Below are positions 62,501 through 64,000 of a DNA stretch of 64,000 nucleotides, in pieces (positions within the stretch are counted from its first letter, which is position 1; every line of letters starts with the position of its first letter). The DNA is from the human T2T-CHM13v2.0 reference genome, Homo sapiens: assembly GCF_009914755.1 (NCBI RefSeq), contig NC_060928.1. The stretch is one strand, 5' to 3'. A program made the translations under genes and the position numbers. The notes beneath the pieces were generated by a model, which saw only the letters and a program-made list of their open reading frames with translations, ran no database searches and had not been told where the DNA came from.

Positions 62501-64000
62501 GAAAATTTTCCCATGGATGCTCATACATAAAAACAGTGTAGAAATTCACAAGCTCATAAAATTGATACCATTCATGACTTTGGCAAAAATCTTGGATATC
62601 TCTATTAAAAGTCCTTTTTAATAAAAAATTTTGACTACTTAACTAAACTTAGTAAATTTGAATAATTCTTTAAGCTGATACTACAGCTTCTATTAGAATA
62701 AGACCTTCAGATGATTATCCTCATATATCTCAGTTGATTGTTTCTAAGGGATTTTTTTTCTTTTTCTATGAATGACCCTTACATTTGCTGTTATCCTGAA
62801 TATACTAGAATGATTTTAAAGTAATGACTTTCTTATAAAACTTCACAAAAAAAGAAAAAAAAATTCACTAAGAGAAAATAAGCAAAATTAGAAAAAAATA
62901 TAATTTATTTTTGGATAACTAAAATCAATGGAAACAACTTCCTATTTATTTACACATTAATATTTGTGTTTTGATTAGCTACCATGTATACAAACTACCA
63001 TTATAATTTTTGTTTAGAAAGTTGTCACCATTGGTATTCAAAATTTTCTCTTTATGAACTGTATTTTACAAAAATATGTACTCCTAACTGAAGTCCTCAT
63101 TTTTATTTTAAACTATAGAAAGCTTGTTTCTTCATTGAGCCCATAACCAGGGTTAGATTTTTATCGCTATTAACACATGAGCCAAGAGAACATTTTCATG
63201 CCAAAGACAGTTATACTGTCTGTGCCCCGAAGAGCACAGTAGTGGCTGTTTGGACTTTGAACAACATATTAGTGAAGTCAAGTCACACATTTCTCGATGC
63301 CATTACGCAAACACAGGAAGAATGAAAGCCAGAGCTTGTAAAAGTAATTCTTGGAAGGCTTCAGGAGTGTATAAAATGTGCTCTGTAATTTTCAGCCTCC
63401 TGCAGTGCAAGTGATTAGCTAAAGAAACACTTTGAACCTGTTAGTTGTACATCTTTTAAACCATTTTAAATTATGGAAAAGATAGTCCTCAAGAAATTAA
63501 TTTAAGTTTTGGACAATAATGCAATCAGGGATATCTATGTTTGCAGTCTTTTCTCTCTGCTTGCATACATCTTTCTCTGTCAAGTACATCAAACAGCTAA
63601 TTAGCCTCATTTTAAGAGCTTCTCTGCTCACATCACTTAAAAGGATCTCCAGGCCGCCTTCTTAGAGAGTTCACACTTTCTGTGCATTGGCTTTCTGAAA
63701 GTTTCTTAGTCTTTGAAGGAATCTATTCCCTACATATTGGAAGAACTTTAAAAGTAGATGGACTTTCCTTCCCACAAATCAATTTTCTTTGTTTTCTCAC
63801 TTATGATCAACATTTTACAAATAATCTTGTAAAGGTTGATACATATATTTTACCTGATATTTGCTTATTTTAGTTAAATACTCTTGGGTTTGCTGAAGAC
63901 ATCTGAAAAACATTAGAATGACTGCTTTTTATTAAGACATGTGGTGCCAGGAGAAAAAAAAATTGTGAGAGACTAAAGTGTTGCTTTCATTTAGCATAAA

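Overview
Primate (human-like) genomic DNA. It is AT-rich and dominated by retroelements; I find no credible host protein-coding exon, RNA gene or CRISPR-type array. The recognisable ORFs in the track are decayed L1 ORF1/ORF2, ERVL gag/pol/dUTPase, MaLR internal or Alu read-throughs; the rest look like chance ORFs. Positions 1-50 kb are a nested retroelement stack: the 5' part of an L1PA3/4-like element (minus), a MER52 LTR, an old L1MA, a full-length L1PA7/8-like element with TSD, an old L1MC carrying a near-complete ERVL/MLT2 provirus and a two-LTR THE1 element, and an L1M>L1PB>THE1D>L1PA nest. Positions 50-64 kb hold mostly ancient MIR/L2/L1ME relics and a repeat-poor island (about 57-60.7 kb) that may be regulatory. 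The most notable observations are a probable L1 3' transduction with 5' inversion (42.9-44.0 kb) and four templated or inverted insertions that look like template-switch repair scars. I see no evidence of a new biological system. Subfamily names come from recalled consensus features and need RepeatMasker/Dfam confirmation.
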